From Nannocystales bacterium (GTDB lineage Bacteria > Myxococcota_A > Polyangia > Nannocystales > Nannocystaceae), in NCBI GenBank assembly GCA_050633305.1, contig JBOEGF010000016.1, positions 70,057 to 134,056 on the forward strand: DNA of 64,000 bases, in the 5' to 3' direction. Numbering within the stretch: the first letter of the stretch is position 1; every line of letters begins with the position of its first letter. Below are positions 37,065-47,075 of the stretch, piece by piece. The notes beneath the pieces are model-generated. The model was not told where the DNA came from. It did no database searches and saw only the letters and a list, made by a program, of their open reading frames with translations. The position numbers and the translations under genes are program-made.

Positions 37065-37643
37065 ATGGCGGTGTGCACCCACGGCGATGTGGCACGGTTG
37101 CCCGTGGCCACCAACCGGACGCTGTCGTTCGACGCGGTTTTCCGCGACGAGCATGACTTCGTCTGGCGCACACTGCGGCACTACGGAGTCCCAGACGGCG
37201 GGCTGGACGACGCAACGCAGGACGTGTTCGTGGTTGTTCACCGTCGCCTGGCCGACTTCGACGCGCGTGGACCGCTTCGGAGTTGGTTGATCGGGATCGC
37301 ACGCAGGGTCGCGTCCCGGCATCGCTCTCGGACGGCCGCCCGGGCCAAGCGCGAGACCCCGCTGGGTGTGGTCGAGCCAAGCTCGGATGAGCCGGGCCCG
37401 CATTCGGGGGCCATTCGAGTCGAGGCGGCAGACTTCGTCTCGACGTTCTTGGACGCTCTGGCTGCGAAGCTACGGGTCGTCTTTCAGTTGTGCGAAATCG
37501 AAGGGATGTCTGCCCCCGAGGCCTCCGAAGCACTCGGGATCCCCGTCAACACTGTCTACTCTCGACTGCGGCTGGCCCGAGCGCGATTTGAGCGCGCGCT
37601 CGAGCGTCGGCAGCTGCGGGAAAAAAGGAGCCACCAGCGATGA
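37065..37643 (+). CDS. ECF sigma-70 factor
   Basis: DDATQDVFVVV...RSWLIGIA; GIPVNTVYSRLRLAR. Confidence 0.92.
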   Translation: MAVCTHGDVARLPVATNRTLSFDAVFRDEHDFVWRTLRHYGVPDGGLDDATQDVFVVVHRRLADFDARGPLRSWLIGIARRVASRHRSRTAARAKRETPLGVVEPSSDEPGPHSGAIRVEAADFVSTFLDALAAKLRVVFQLCEIEGMSAPEASEALGIPVNTVYSRLRLARARFERALERRQLREKRSHQR

Positions 37644-38359
37644 GTTCGTCCCCGCCGCCTCGACTCTCCGACGATGCCCAAACCATGTTGGCCGCCTATC
37701 GCGACGCTTCGCCGGGGGCGCGCCGCCGCGATGCGAACCTGGAGGCGGTGCACCAAAGGGTGGCTGCCGAGTCTCCTCCGAGGGCTGCCGCAGCGGCCGG
37801 GTGGATGTGGCCGTTGGGGTGGGGCCTCGGTGCGGCTGCAGCCGCAGCCGGCTTGGTCTGGGGACTGGTCGAGCTTCGCTCGGTCGACGTCGAGGCGTCC
37901 GCACCAGCAGCGGAAGCACCTTCAGTGGCTGCTCCGAGGGAGCCCGCTCGAGCCGTCCCGCAAGACGCAACTCCGCACGAGCCCGCACCAGCTTCTGACC
38001 CGGAGCCTGCGCCTCCGCAGCCAACGGCCAAGAGCCCCACACCTGCTCAACTCGAGGCTCCCGGTGCTGCGCCTGTTCCCCCCGCATCGGATCTTCGGGA
38101 GGAGACGCGTCGCCTCCGAGAGGTCCGGGCGTCGATTGCGAGCGCCGCGTGGGACGACGCTGCACGCCAACTTGCCGCGTACACCCATGCATTTCCCAAT
38201 GGAGCGCTTCGTGAAGACGCGCAGGCCTACCGCATCATGGTGCGGTGCGAACAGGGCCGGTCGGTCGACGCGCTGCGCCGGGCGTTCGACGCCCGATACC
38301 CGGCCTCGCCGCACGCGGCTCGAATGGATGCGGCCTGCCTCGGGGAGAAAAAACAGTGA
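37640..38359 (+). CDS. Putative membrane-anchored anti-sigma factor with C-terminal TPR-like domain
   Basis: Coupled to the sigma gene (ATGA overlap); single TM, Pro-rich linker, LREE...Y..AFPNGALRED...YPASPH. Confidence 0.75.
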   Translation: MSSSPPPRLSDDAQTMLAAYRDASPGARRRDANLEAVHQRVAAESPPRAAAAAGWMWPLGWGLGAAAAAAGLVWGLVELRSVDVEASAPAAEAPSVAAPREPARAVPQDATPHEPAPASDPEPAPPQPTAKSPTPAQLEAPGAAPVPPASDLREETRRLREVRASIASAAWDDAARQLAAYTHAFPNGALREDAQAYRIMVRCEQGRSVDALRRAFDARYPASPHAARMDAACLGEKKQ

Positions 38360-38391
38360 AGGGTTTGGGGCTGCCTCCGCAATGCACAGGC

Positions 38392-40047
38392 ATGAACGCC
38401 GCACAAAGTCTCTTCTGTGGGTTGCTGCTTCTCAGTGCTGGCTGCCTGACACCGCCCGGTGATCTCGGTGCCGTTGGCGAGAGTTCAGGCGGGGTCGCGC
38501 CCGGGTCTGGCGAGTCGACGGATGCAGAGACTCAGACGGGTGAGGTGGGGACTTCGGGCGACGAAACCTCCACGGGCACAGCGTCGGGTGAGGAAAGCAC
38601 CGGGGAACCAATCGAGCCCCCACCGTGCGGAGTCGGCTCGGGACTGCAACGCCGGCTGACCTCGACTCAAGTCGAGCACGCGATTGCGGACTTGTTCGGC
38701 GTTACGGTGGAGGTGCAGTTCGACGACGCGTCCATTCCCTTCGAGTCTGCAGTGTCGCTCTCGAGTGCCGACGCGATGTCGCTGGTCACCGTGGCCGCCA
38801 CGGTTGCGGACGCGTTCGCGGTGCCCGTGTGCGCGGGAGACGAGGCCACCTGTGCGCAGGAGTTCATGGACACCTACGTTCCCTTGGTGCTTCGCGGCCA
38901 GGGGAGCGTCGATGCGTTCACGCCCATCTATGACGAGGTTGGCGACCATGAAGCGGGGCTCCGTGCCGTGGTCGGGGCGTTGATCACCCACCCAGCGTTC
39001 ATCGACCTCACACCGACGGGGACGGACGAAGACGGTGTGGTCACCCTCGACGCGAACTCCCTCGCAACTCGCCTCGCCCTGCTCGTTTGGAACTCGGTGC
39101 CCGACGCCGACCTCCTCGAATCGGGGGAGGGCCTTGGACAGCCGGGGGGCGTGGAGGCCCAGCTCGCATCCATGCTGGACGACCCTCGTTATGCCCGGGC
39201 GCAGGCGGATCTGTACTCGACGATGACTGGGGTTCGGGGGCTGCCTTCCGCGGATCGTTCGACGGTGTATCCCGATTGGTCGGGCGCGATCGGAGCATCG
39301 ATGGTCGAGGAGCAGAGACGGTTCGTCGCCGACCACGTCGGTGACGCTGATGCCTCGCTCGAGGACCTGTTGACCTCGAGCTCAACGTTCGTGAACGCCG
39401 ACCTGGCGTCGCTGTACGGGGCCGACCTTCAAACACCGGCTCCGGCGGGGAGCGGTTGGGGTCCGGGTGAACTCGACCCGACCCGGCGCGCCGGACTGCT
39501 CACGCAGCTGGGGATGATCACCGCAGGGTCGTACGACCTTCCTGAGGACGTGTTTCGGGTGCCCGTACTTCGCGGGACCTCGGTTCTCTCGGCGTTCTTC
39601 TGCGTGGATGTTCCGCCACCGCCTGCGGACCCCAACCCTTCTCCGGCCGGTCCCGTCGAATCGAGAGCGGATTGGGAGGCGTATGTTTCCGATCCAGCCT
39701 GCGCGGCATGCCACGACCTTTCTGATCCGTTCGGGTTCGCCTTCGGGGACTATGACGGCGTCGGTCGATGGGAGCCTCTGGGCGACGCGACGAACGCGTC
39801 TCATGCCTTCCTCGACGAGGAGTACGCGGACGCACTCGAGCTCGGTGCGCAACTCGCATCGGACGACGAGGTCCACGCGTGCATGGCCGAGCGCTACTAC
39901 ACGTTCGCGCTTCGGCGTGAACTCGATGACCAGGACGCCTGCGCGGTGGAGGAGTACTCCGCGGCGTTTACCGAGGGCGGCGGCAACCTGCGCGCGTTGG
40001 TGCAGGCCATCGCCACCTCGGACGCGTTTCGGATCGCCCGGCCGTAG
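38392..40047 (+). CDS. DUF1592/DUF1588/DUF1585-type lipoprotein with c-type heme motif
   Basis: Lipobox SAGC; RRLT..., LATRLALLVWNSVPD, RAGLLTQ, CAACH, FALRR. Confidence 0.85.
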   Translation: MNAAQSLFCGLLLLSAGCLTPPGDLGAVGESSGGVAPGSGESTDAETQTGEVGTSGDETSTGTASGEESTGEPIEPPPCGVGSGLQRRLTSTQVEHAIADLFGVTVEVQFDDASIPFESAVSLSSADAMSLVTVAATVADAFAVPVCAGDEATCAQEFMDTYVPLVLRGQGSVDAFTPIYDEVGDHEAGLRAVVGALITHPAFIDLTPTGTDEDGVVTLDANSLATRLALLVWNSVPDADLLESGEGLGQPGGVEAQLASMLDDPRYARAQADLYSTMTGVRGLPSADRSTVYPDWSGAIGASMVEEQRRFVADHVGDADASLEDLLTSSSTFVNADLASLYGADLQTPAPAGSGWGPGELDPTRRAGLLTQLGMITAGSYDLPEDVFRVPVLRGTSVLSAFFCVDVPPPPADPNPSPAGPVESRADWEAYVSDPACAACHDLSDPFGFAFGDYDGVGRWEPLGDATNASHAFLDEEYADALELGAQLASDDEVHACMAERYYTFALRRELDDQDACAVEEYSAAFTEGGGNLRALVQAIATSDAFRIARP

Positions 40048-40076
40048 TGCGGGTGGCTTGAGTCCGCGCTGGGCCG

Positions 40077-40886
40077 TCAGCGGCCCAACGTCGCCAGGTC
40101 GCGGCCCAACTCCACCAGCAAGCCGCCGGAGTCTTTGACGACCGCCACGCTCTGCCCCAGACCTTTGACGATCAGGTCGAGGTGGAGCACGGTTTTGGGG
40201 TTGGTGATCGAAGAGGGCGCGCCCGCGATGAGCTGTTGACCGGAGCTGATCAGGCCCTGGGTCTTCTGAACGAAGCCCGGTGTGGTACCGCCGAGCAACA
40301 TGGCCAGCTCCCGGGTCTCGGCGAGCTGGCCTTCGACGGCGAGTCCCGCTTCGCCGCCCTGGGCGACCGCTGCGTTGACGGCATCGCCGAGTGACATCTT
40401 CGCCTTGTAGTCCTTCCCCAGCGCGGCCTTGGCCGTGAGGCGGAGGTGCTTGATGGACTCGCGGGTTTGGTAGACGAAGCCGTGGAACTCGGCGGTGGAC
40501 TTGAAGAACGCGTCGTAGGTGGGGACGCCTATCTGCACGTAGGTGAAGCCGTCCTCACCCGAGGCCCGAGCGTTGCCCACGAAGTCGAGGTTGCTGTTGC
40601 CTTCGTAGTCCGCGAGTCCCGGCGAGAGGTCCGCCAGGTGCACCTCGCCGGGAGGGGGGGCCTCGACCAGCTTGGTGAGCAGCTCCTTGGTGGTGCCGCG
40701 TAGTTCCTTGAACGATTTGTCCATGGCAGCCTTCATCTCCTGCCAGTCGTCGAACTCCTCGGTCGTGGTGACGGTCTGACCGTCGACGGTCTTGGTCTTG
40801 GTGATCGTGCCGTGAAACTGGAACATCGAGCAGCCGCTCAAAAGGAGGGCGGCTGCGAGTCCAAACATGCTCGTGGTCGTGCGCAT
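40077..40886 (-). CDS. Hypothetical helical lipoprotein
   Basis: MRTTTSMFGLAAALLLSGC lipobox; strong codon bias. Confidence 0.75.
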   Translation of the reverse strand: MRTTTSMFGLAAALLLSGCSMFQFHGTITKTKTVDGQTVTTTEEFDDWQEMKAAMDKSFKELRGTTKELLTKLVEAPPPGEVHLADLSPGLADYEGNSNLDFVGNARASGEDGFTYVQIGVPTYDAFFKSTAEFHGFVYQTRESIKHLRLTAKAALGKDYKAKMSLGDAVNAAVAQGGEAGLAVEGQLAETRELAMLLGGTTPGFVQKTQGLISSGQQLIAGAPSSITNPKTVLHLDLIVKGLGQSVAVVKDSGGLLVELGRDLATLGR

Positions 40887-40962
40887 AGTAAGGTCCTTTC
40901 CCCGGAGGGGAAGACGAGGAGAACCGCTCGCGGTTGCAGGGATGCGAGCGGGAATCGGGAGA

Positions 40963-42477
40963 TTACCTCTGCGCACCCATCTCGATCCACGCCTTGACCA
41001 GACCGACGAGCGCGGGATCGAGCAGCGTGGGGGCGCCAGCGGGCATGTGCCGCGCGGTGGTTCCTTGCGCCTCGGGTTCGCACTCCGAGAGCAGCCGAAA
41101 TAAGTAGCTTCCGTCCGGATCTCCCGGAGCGACGCGGGGCATGTCGAGCGCTGTCGCTGTCACACCCACAAGGGCAGCGAACGCCCCTTCGTCATCAAGG
41201 ACAAGATCGCCCGCGCCTGCTTCCCCATGGCACGAGGAGAAGTTGCACCACGGCTGTAGGACGCGCGCTTGGACCTCAGCAAACGTGGGCGTCGCGGTGC
41301 TGTCGAAAATGCCTTCGATGTCCTCACAGGTGGGAGGCTCGGGGGTGGGGCCGTCGGAGTTGGGCAAGACAAGCGGTCCGGCGATCTCGCCTCCGGTGGG
41401 AGGGTTGTACGCGATGCTGCGAGGGACGAGGGTGATTGGGCAGGCCCCTGTCGAAACCTGAATGCCATCTTCGTCCTCGTAGAGCAGAGGAGTCGCGTCT
41501 CGGGCGACCCCGGCAATGAGGAGGTTCGACGCGTCGGCGAAGCCCAAAAAGACACACATCTCGTTGATGCCGACCCCCCAGGTGAGTGTCTGGTCGTGGG
41601 GGTTGTCGTAGGTGCACGAAAACTCGATCGCCCCGAGGTTCTCGAACACGATCGGGGGATCGAAGGTTTGTCCCATCGGCGACGCGCCGAAGCCCACGTG
41701 GTCCAGGACCACCGTTCCTTGGCTGTCCTCGTACAGGGTCACTTTCGCCGATATACCGGTTCGGTGGTAGTGCGGAAGAATGTAGTGCAACTCGAGCGCA
41801 CCGAGGTCCTCAAAGGCTGGCCCGGAGCACCCTGCGAGAAACGTGGAGACGCGCTTGGGGGGGATGCTCAGTGGAAGATAGCTGAGCATGACCGGGGAGA
41901 GGATCGTCTCCACAAGAGCGGGGTGGAGCAGTTCCATCGCGAGCCACGCGGCGGTCTCGCGCGGATCGGGACCGAGGTTCAGCAGGTGAACGCCCGCGAC
42001 GATTTTGGACCGCGCGGGGATGCGGATGACCGCTCCGTCCGTGAACTTCATCGACTCCAGCTGGGCTTGGGTCGATTGAGCGAAGAGGACGGTCCCAGCG
42101 AGGGCTGCGGATACATCCTCGAAGCCCCGTTCTGCGCACGGCCAGAAACCGTCGTCCCCTGGATAAACGTCTTCGGGAACGACGAACCAGTTGCTGTGGT
42201 GGAACGAACCGCCGTTTTGGAAATCGACCGCCTGGACGTACAGCGGCGCATCGTTGTCGACGGTCCAGCTGTAGCAGGTCATCGTCTCCTCGCTGCCCTC
42301 CAGGGCAAAGGGCGTCACGGCATGCACGACGTCTCCGCTCGCCTCGGCGTCCGCGGGCATCTCCGGGGGGGGCAGTGGGTCACGAGGGGCGGGGGGCTCG
42401 CGTTCGGGTTGAGCGCAGCCGAACATCAGCGTGACGACGAACCATACGAGCGAGGGAATGGAGCGATGGACGATCAC
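40963..42477 (-). CDS. Copper type II (PHM/DBH-like) monooxygenase lipoprotein fused to a cytochrome c-like domain
   Basis: SFHHS, VHLLN, PHYH and NEMC copper ligands; C-terminal CNFSSCHG...GDPDGSYL...MP. Confidence 0.8.
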   Translation of the reverse strand: MIVHRSIPSLVWFVVTLMFGCAQPEREPPAPRDPLPPPEMPADAEASGDVVHAVTPFALEGSEETMTCYSWTVDNDAPLYVQAVDFQNGGSFHHSNWFVVPEDVYPGDDGFWPCAERGFEDVSAALAGTVLFAQSTQAQLESMKFTDGAVIRIPARSKIVAGVHLLNLGPDPRETAAWLAMELLHPALVETILSPVMLSYLPLSIPPKRVSTFLAGCSGPAFEDLGALELHYILPHYHRTGISAKVTLYEDSQGTVVLDHVGFGASPMGQTFDPPIVFENLGAIEFSCTYDNPHDQTLTWGVGINEMCVFLGFADASNLLIAGVARDATPLLYEDEDGIQVSTGACPITLVPRSIAYNPPTGGEIAGPLVLPNSDGPTPEPPTCEDIEGIFDSTATPTFAEVQARVLQPWCNFSSCHGEAGAGDLVLDDEGAFAALVGVTATALDMPRVAPGDPDGSYLFRLLSECEPEAQGTTARHMPAGAPTLLDPALVGLVKAWIEMGAQR

Positions 42478-42485
42478 GAGACACC

Positions 42486-44888
42486 TCAGTAGTCGATACG
42501 GAACCCGAGACTTGGAAAGATCGGAAGACCGACGGCGTCGACCCGGCGTGTGTAGTCGGAACTATAGATGTACGCCTCGGGGTTGAGGCGGTTGTAGACG
42601 TTCTGCACGTCCATGTATGCGCCGATCTCCACGCGTTGCAGAATCCAGGATTTGTCGACCCGAAGGTCGAGTTGGTGGAAGACCGGGAACCTCTCGTGGT
42701 TGCGAGGCCCGGCCGCAGCAAGCGGGACACTTCCCGGAGGCACCCAGACCACCCCTGCGACGTCGGTGAACGGGGAGCCGCTGACAAGTCTGAATCGACC
42801 TCCCAGGCGCCAGCGCTGGGGAAGACGGTAGCTGGCCAGGACGACGAGGTTGTGGCGTTGGTCGAAAGCGTTGGGCCAAACGTTGGGTCGGCGGGACAGC
42901 GGCGCCCGGTCGAGCACGCGATCCTCGACTCGTGAGAGCGTGTAGCCCAGCCACCCCCATAGCTTGGGTCCGAGACGCCGCCGCACCAAGGCCTCGAGTC
43001 CGTATGCGGTCGACCAGGTGGACGACACGAGCTCTGCGGTCCCATCGGTGTTGCGACGGATACCGTCGGCGTTGTCTCGGACCCGAGCCCATGTGCCCAG
43101 TTCGACCGACCAGAACTCTCCAACCTCTCGGCTGATCGCGGTGCTGGCCTGGGCGGCTCGCGCAACGGTCAGACCTCCGGCTGCGGGGGAGAAGCCGGCT
43201 CGGGGTTCGAGGGAGAGCAGGGACGCTGGTAGCACCACGTTGCCCGAAAGCTGGCCGGCGGTGCCGGACAGGAAACCTCCCGAGACGCTGGACTGTTGAA
43301 TCGCCGCCTGCGAGTACAAACCCAGGCCCGCCGACCAACGCCACTTCGGAGCGAATCGCCAATGGGTGCTGAATCGGGGATCGACTGCGGAGGCGTTGGT
43401 CGGGCCCAAGGTGAACGCGCTGGCACGCACACTGGGTGCGAGCGTCCACTTTTGGATGTCGATGGACGCCTGGGTGTAGATCCCGACTGCGCTGGAAACC
43501 CCATGGCGCCGGTCCAACTGCGACGCCTCGGCGGTGGCCAGGTTTGCCGGTCGTTCGAATCTAGTTCGGTACCAGTCGACCTCCGTGTCCGCGCCGACCG
43601 TCACCGAGGCTCTGCGGGTCAGCGCGCGACTGGCCTCGGCGCGGAGGCTGAGGACCGCGTCGTCGCGAATCGACAGCGCGTCACTCACGGGCTGACGCCA
43701 CCCGTTGCGTTCCACACGGGCCGAGGGAGTGAGCCAGAAGGACCAAGGGCCTCGCTCGACGCGGTAGGAGAGGTCCGCACGGTGGAACTGCGAGACCATC
43801 TCGAAATAGAGGGTTGGGCGAGAGTCGGGGTTGGGGCCGCGGGCCTGAAACCGGTCGCCTGCACCCAGGATGCGCGCAGTTATCACCCCTTTTTTGCCAA
43901 CTGGATGCTCGAAGAAGGCCTGGTAGTTGTAGTAGCGCGGAAGCGTAAAGGCTTGTGTCGGCTCGACCCTCTCCGCGGCCATGAGGGCATACTCGGCCGT
44001 ACCGCGTTGTGCTGCGACCAGCCAAGCGCCTCGCTTGAGGGGACCGCTCGCCAGCGCACTCGCCCCGAGTAGGTCGAGTCGCGCGTGGCCGTGGACGCTC
44101 TCGGACTCCAGCTGTGCAGGGTGCAGGACCACGAGACCGCCGGTGGCATCGCCGTAGCGCGAGCCGAAGTTGCTGGGGACGAACTCCATGCGATCGATGG
44201 CCGCCGCTGGCACGACGCTGGCGATCGCCAGGGAGTGGAACGCGCGGGGCAACGCATGCCCCCCCAGGAAGACGCGCGATTGCGAAGGCGAAGCACCGCG
44301 AAGGACGAGCAGGCCGAAGCCTCCGGGGGTCCGGGCCACGCCGGGCAGGTTCTGCAGCGCCCGCAGTGGGTCTCCTTGCGTCCCGGGTGCGGTCCGAATC
44401 TCTTCGGCGCTCATGATCGTGCTGTGGACCTGCTCGGGAGGCGGCTCGCTGGAAGTCTCGACGACGGTTCGCATCGCGGCGCCCTCGTCGGGGAGCGCGA
44501 ACAGCACTGCGCCGCGGCGCTTTTGTGAACTCGCATCGACGATGACCTCGAGACGTCGGTATCCCGCGGCAATCACGACGAGCCGAACCTTCGGGCTCTG
44601 CAGGCCTTCGAACGAAAATCGACCATCATGGTCGGTGGTCGTGCTTTGCATCCACGCTGGAGGATCGATGTTGGGGTCCAGATGCTCGGGCTCGGCGACC
44701 GGGCCCAACGGGGTGTCGGTCGCCGCGGGGACAGCCAACACCCTCGCGCCTGCGATGGGTTCGCGCTCGCCGGCCGCCTTCAGAGCCCCTCGCAGTACGG
44801 ACGAGGTGGCTTCGGAGGATGGCGGCGCGGATGCGACACTTTGGGGGCTCGAACCCAGCAACGTGAGCAAGGCGAGCGTGGCGTTCAA
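42486..44888 (-). CDS. TonB-dependent receptor (myxobacterial type)
   Basis: PGTQGDPLRALQNLPGVAR, RYGDATGG, FDQRH, FHQLDLRVDK, GLPIFPSLGFRIDY. Confidence 0.9.
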   Translation of the reverse strand: MNATLALLTLLGSSPQSVASAPPSSEATSSVLRGALKAAGEREPIAGARVLAVPAATDTPLGPVAEPEHLDPNIDPPAWMQSTTTDHDGRFSFEGLQSPKVRLVVIAAGYRRLEVIVDASSQKRRGAVLFALPDEGAAMRTVVETSSEPPPEQVHSTIMSAEEIRTAPGTQGDPLRALQNLPGVARTPGGFGLLVLRGASPSQSRVFLGGHALPRAFHSLAIASVVPAAAIDRMEFVPSNFGSRYGDATGGLVVLHPAQLESESVHGHARLDLLGASALASGPLKRGAWLVAAQRGTAEYALMAAERVEPTQAFTLPRYYNYQAFFEHPVGKKGVITARILGAGDRFQARGPNPDSRPTLYFEMVSQFHRADLSYRVERGPWSFWLTPSARVERNGWRQPVSDALSIRDDAVLSLRAEASRALTRRASVTVGADTEVDWYRTRFERPANLATAEASQLDRRHGVSSAVGIYTQASIDIQKWTLAPSVRASAFTLGPTNASAVDPRFSTHWRFAPKWRWSAGLGLYSQAAIQQSSVSGGFLSGTAGQLSGNVVLPASLLSLEPRAGFSPAAGGLTVARAAQASTAISREVGEFWSVELGTWARVRDNADGIRRNTDGTAELVSSTWSTAYGLEALVRRRLGPKLWGWLGYTLSRVEDRVLDRAPLSRRPNVWPNAFDQRHNLVVLASYRLPQRWRLGGRFRLVSGSPFTDVAGVVWVPPGSVPLAAAGPRNHERFPVFHQLDLRVDKSWILQRVEIGAYMDVQNVYNRLNPEAYIYSSDYTRRVDAVGLPIFPSLGFRIDY

Positions 44889-45931
44889 GGCTCAGCGACC
44901 TCGAAGTTGAACGTCTCCCAGGCGGTTCCGCCCGCCTGGTCGTGCAGCACGAAGCGAACCTCGAATGAGCCCGGCTCTTCGGGAGCCCAGATTTGCCAGC
45001 CGGGCATGAATGAGAAGTCGAGGACGTCTGGCGCGGAGGTGAACAGCGACCGTGACGGGAGGGAAACCTCGGTCGATAGCCCGAGCGGCCCGATGATTGC
45101 CAACGGCTGGATCTCCTTGGGGTCCCAATAGGATCCGCCAGCGTAGACGATGCCTGGTTCCAGGGTTGTCGTCTCACCAGGGCGTACGGTGATGGCACGA
45201 GAAAGGTCGAACTGGAGACCGCCGTGATACGGAAACAGCGTGAGCGGAATGACCTCCGGGTTGAAGGGTGGATGCACGGGATCGTTCACGAAGAACACGG
45301 GGTTCTCGGGAAACGCCATGCCCAAGTCGATCGCGTGGGTGGCGAGTCGAAGTGCTGGACCGAGGGTGATGCCCCGATAGCCAACGAGGCACCCCGACCA
45401 ATCCTCTGTCGAGGGGGCGGACACCAGCTCGACGCATTCCTCGGTGGTCATCCCCTCGTCGACGTGCCCAACCATCGCAATCTGGAAGAAGGTTTGGTCT
45501 TCGAGCGGGGTCTCCGGGTCGAGCGCGGGGGCGACGAATTGTGGGCGGTCCCCGTCAGGCAGTCGACACGCGACGTCCTCAGGCACGACACCTGTGCACG
45601 GCTCGGATGCACCCGGGCGGCCCAGCGTCGCGACGCAGCTCGTCGCACGGGGACACATGAACCATGCGGGATCCACCTCTTGCGTAGGCACCTCGCGCTC
45701 TGCCATGACCACCCACGGGGAGACGTCGATCGTATCGCCGGGCAGGGGTTGGCTTCGGATGCGATCGGCAGGGATGGGCAGGAAGCCGTACGATAGGGGC
45801 CCGGGCTCGGTGACCTCGACGCGAAACGCCAACACGCGCGGCTCTTCGGTCAGGAGCCAGGCAGGTTCGGGCAACTCACCGCAGGCAACCAGCCCGAGTA
45901 AGGCCACGGTCCATCCTGGACGAGGCGACAC
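44885..45931 (-). CDS. Lipoprotein partner of the TBDR
   Basis: Lipobox LVAC; PRVLAFRVE; C-terminal W.APEEPG...FVLHDQAGG.AW; stop overlaps the TBDR start. Start approximate. Confidence 0.7.
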   Translation of the reverse strand: MSPRPGWTVALLGLVACGELPEPAWLLTEEPRVLAFRVEVTEPGPLSYGFLPIPADRIRSQPLPGDTIDVSPWVVMAEREVPTQEVDPAWFMCPRATSCVATLGRPGASEPCTGVVPEDVACRLPDGDRPQFVAPALDPETPLEDQTFFQIAMVGHVDEGMTTEECVELVSAPSTEDWSGCLVGYRGITLGPALRLATHAIDLGMAFPENPVFFVNDPVHPPFNPEVIPLTLFPYHGGLQFDLSRAITVRPGETTTLEPGIVYAGGSYWDPKEIQPLAIIGPLGLSTEVSLPSRSLFTSAPDVLDFSFMPGWQIWAPEEPGSFEVRFVLHDQAGGTAWETFNFEVAEP

Positions 45932-46158
45932 ACGCGCAGTATCGGAGAACTCCGAAAGGGTGCCAAGAGCGTGCCGCATGGCGGGCTTCATTGGCGGTCG
46001 GAACGTCCGCAATGACAGGCGTTGCACCGTTCCGGAGCCTCCCCGAACCCTGACGTTGCGCATACAGCGCGGAGTCCGTTCACGATCGGGTCGGGTCCGA
46101 GTTGAAAAGGCCGATCAACGCCCTTGCCGCTCGGCCTGCCCTCGGGTACAAATATATG

Positions 46159-46183
46159 GAAGTTGATTTTTGTTTTCAACTTC
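46159..46183. promoter_or_regulatory. AT-rich palindromic operator upstream of bfd (probable iron-responsive Fur-type box)
   Basis: GAAGTTGA-N9-TCAACTTC. Confidence 0.65.
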
Positions 46184-46210
46184 GACCGAACCCGAATCGC
46201 TGCCCCCGCC

Positions 46211-46411
46211 ATGATCGTTTGCCTCTGCAAAGGAATCTCCAGCCGCACCATCGACGCCGAAGTCGAGCGGGGCGCGCGAACGGTCGGAGGCATCGCAAAA
46301 GCATGCCAGGCGGGTACCAGCTGTGGAATGTGCGTCGGTCAGATTCGCGATCTCATCCGTCTTCGCACGGGTGATTCGGCGGAAGATAACGCGCCAGACA
46401 ACCTGACCTGA
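46211..46411 (+). CDS. bfd: Bacterioferritin-associated ferredoxin
   Basis: MIVCLCKG...GTSCGMC; directly upstream of bfr. Confidence 0.92.
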   Translation: MIVCLCKGISSRTIDAEVERGARTVGGIAKACQAGTSCGMCVGQIRDLIRLRTGDSAEDNAPDNLT

Positions 46412-46597
46412 CTCCAGATTGGACGCTGCGCAGTCAACGCGTTCCAGACCGACAGTGCGAGCGGTTTTGAAAGCGATCCTCAGGATCGTATCCGGGCCGA
46501 CCGGCTCGAGTCGAACTCGACTTCGCCTTTCATGTCCATAAATGCGCGAGATTTCAGTTCTTTTCAGGGAGGAAAACGCTGCTAGGTTCGCCGCTCC

Positions 46598-47071
46598 ATG
46601 AAGGGTAGCGACAAGGTCATCGAGCAGCTCAACGAGGTTCTCACCGCGGAGCTGACGGCCATCAACCAGTACTTCATCCACGCCAAGATGTGTAAGGACT
46701 GGGGCTACGGGCGTCTCGCCGCGCATGTGCATCACGAGTCGATCGACGAGATGAAGCACGCGGACGAGATCATCGAACGCATCTTGTTCCTGCAGGGCAT
46801 CCCGAACGTTCAGCGCTACAACAAGATCACCGTCGGCGAGACGGTCAAAGAGCAGTTCGAGCTCGACCTGAAGATGGAGTACGACGCTGTTGATCGGTTC
46901 CGCAAAGCCATCAAGGTCGCGCGCGACGAAGAAGGCGACGAGACCACGGGCTTGCTGTTGGAGAAGATGCTCGCCTCGGAGGAAGAGCACGTCGACTGGC
47001 TGGAAACGCAGCTCGAGCTGATCAACCAGGTCGGGCTGCAGAACTACCTTTCGCAGCAGATCGGCGGCTGA
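46598..47071 (+). CDS. bfr: Bacterioferritin
   Basis: MKG...ELTAINQYFIH...ESIDEMKHAD...EEEHVDWLE...GLQNYL. Confidence 0.97.
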   Translation: MKGSDKVIEQLNEVLTAELTAINQYFIHAKMCKDWGYGRLAAHVHHESIDEMKHADEIIERILFLQGIPNVQRYNKITVGETVKEQFELDLKMEYDAVDRFRKAIKVARDEEGDETTGLLLEKMLASEEEHVDWLETQLELINQVGLQNYLSQQIGG

Positions 47072-47075
47072 GTTC

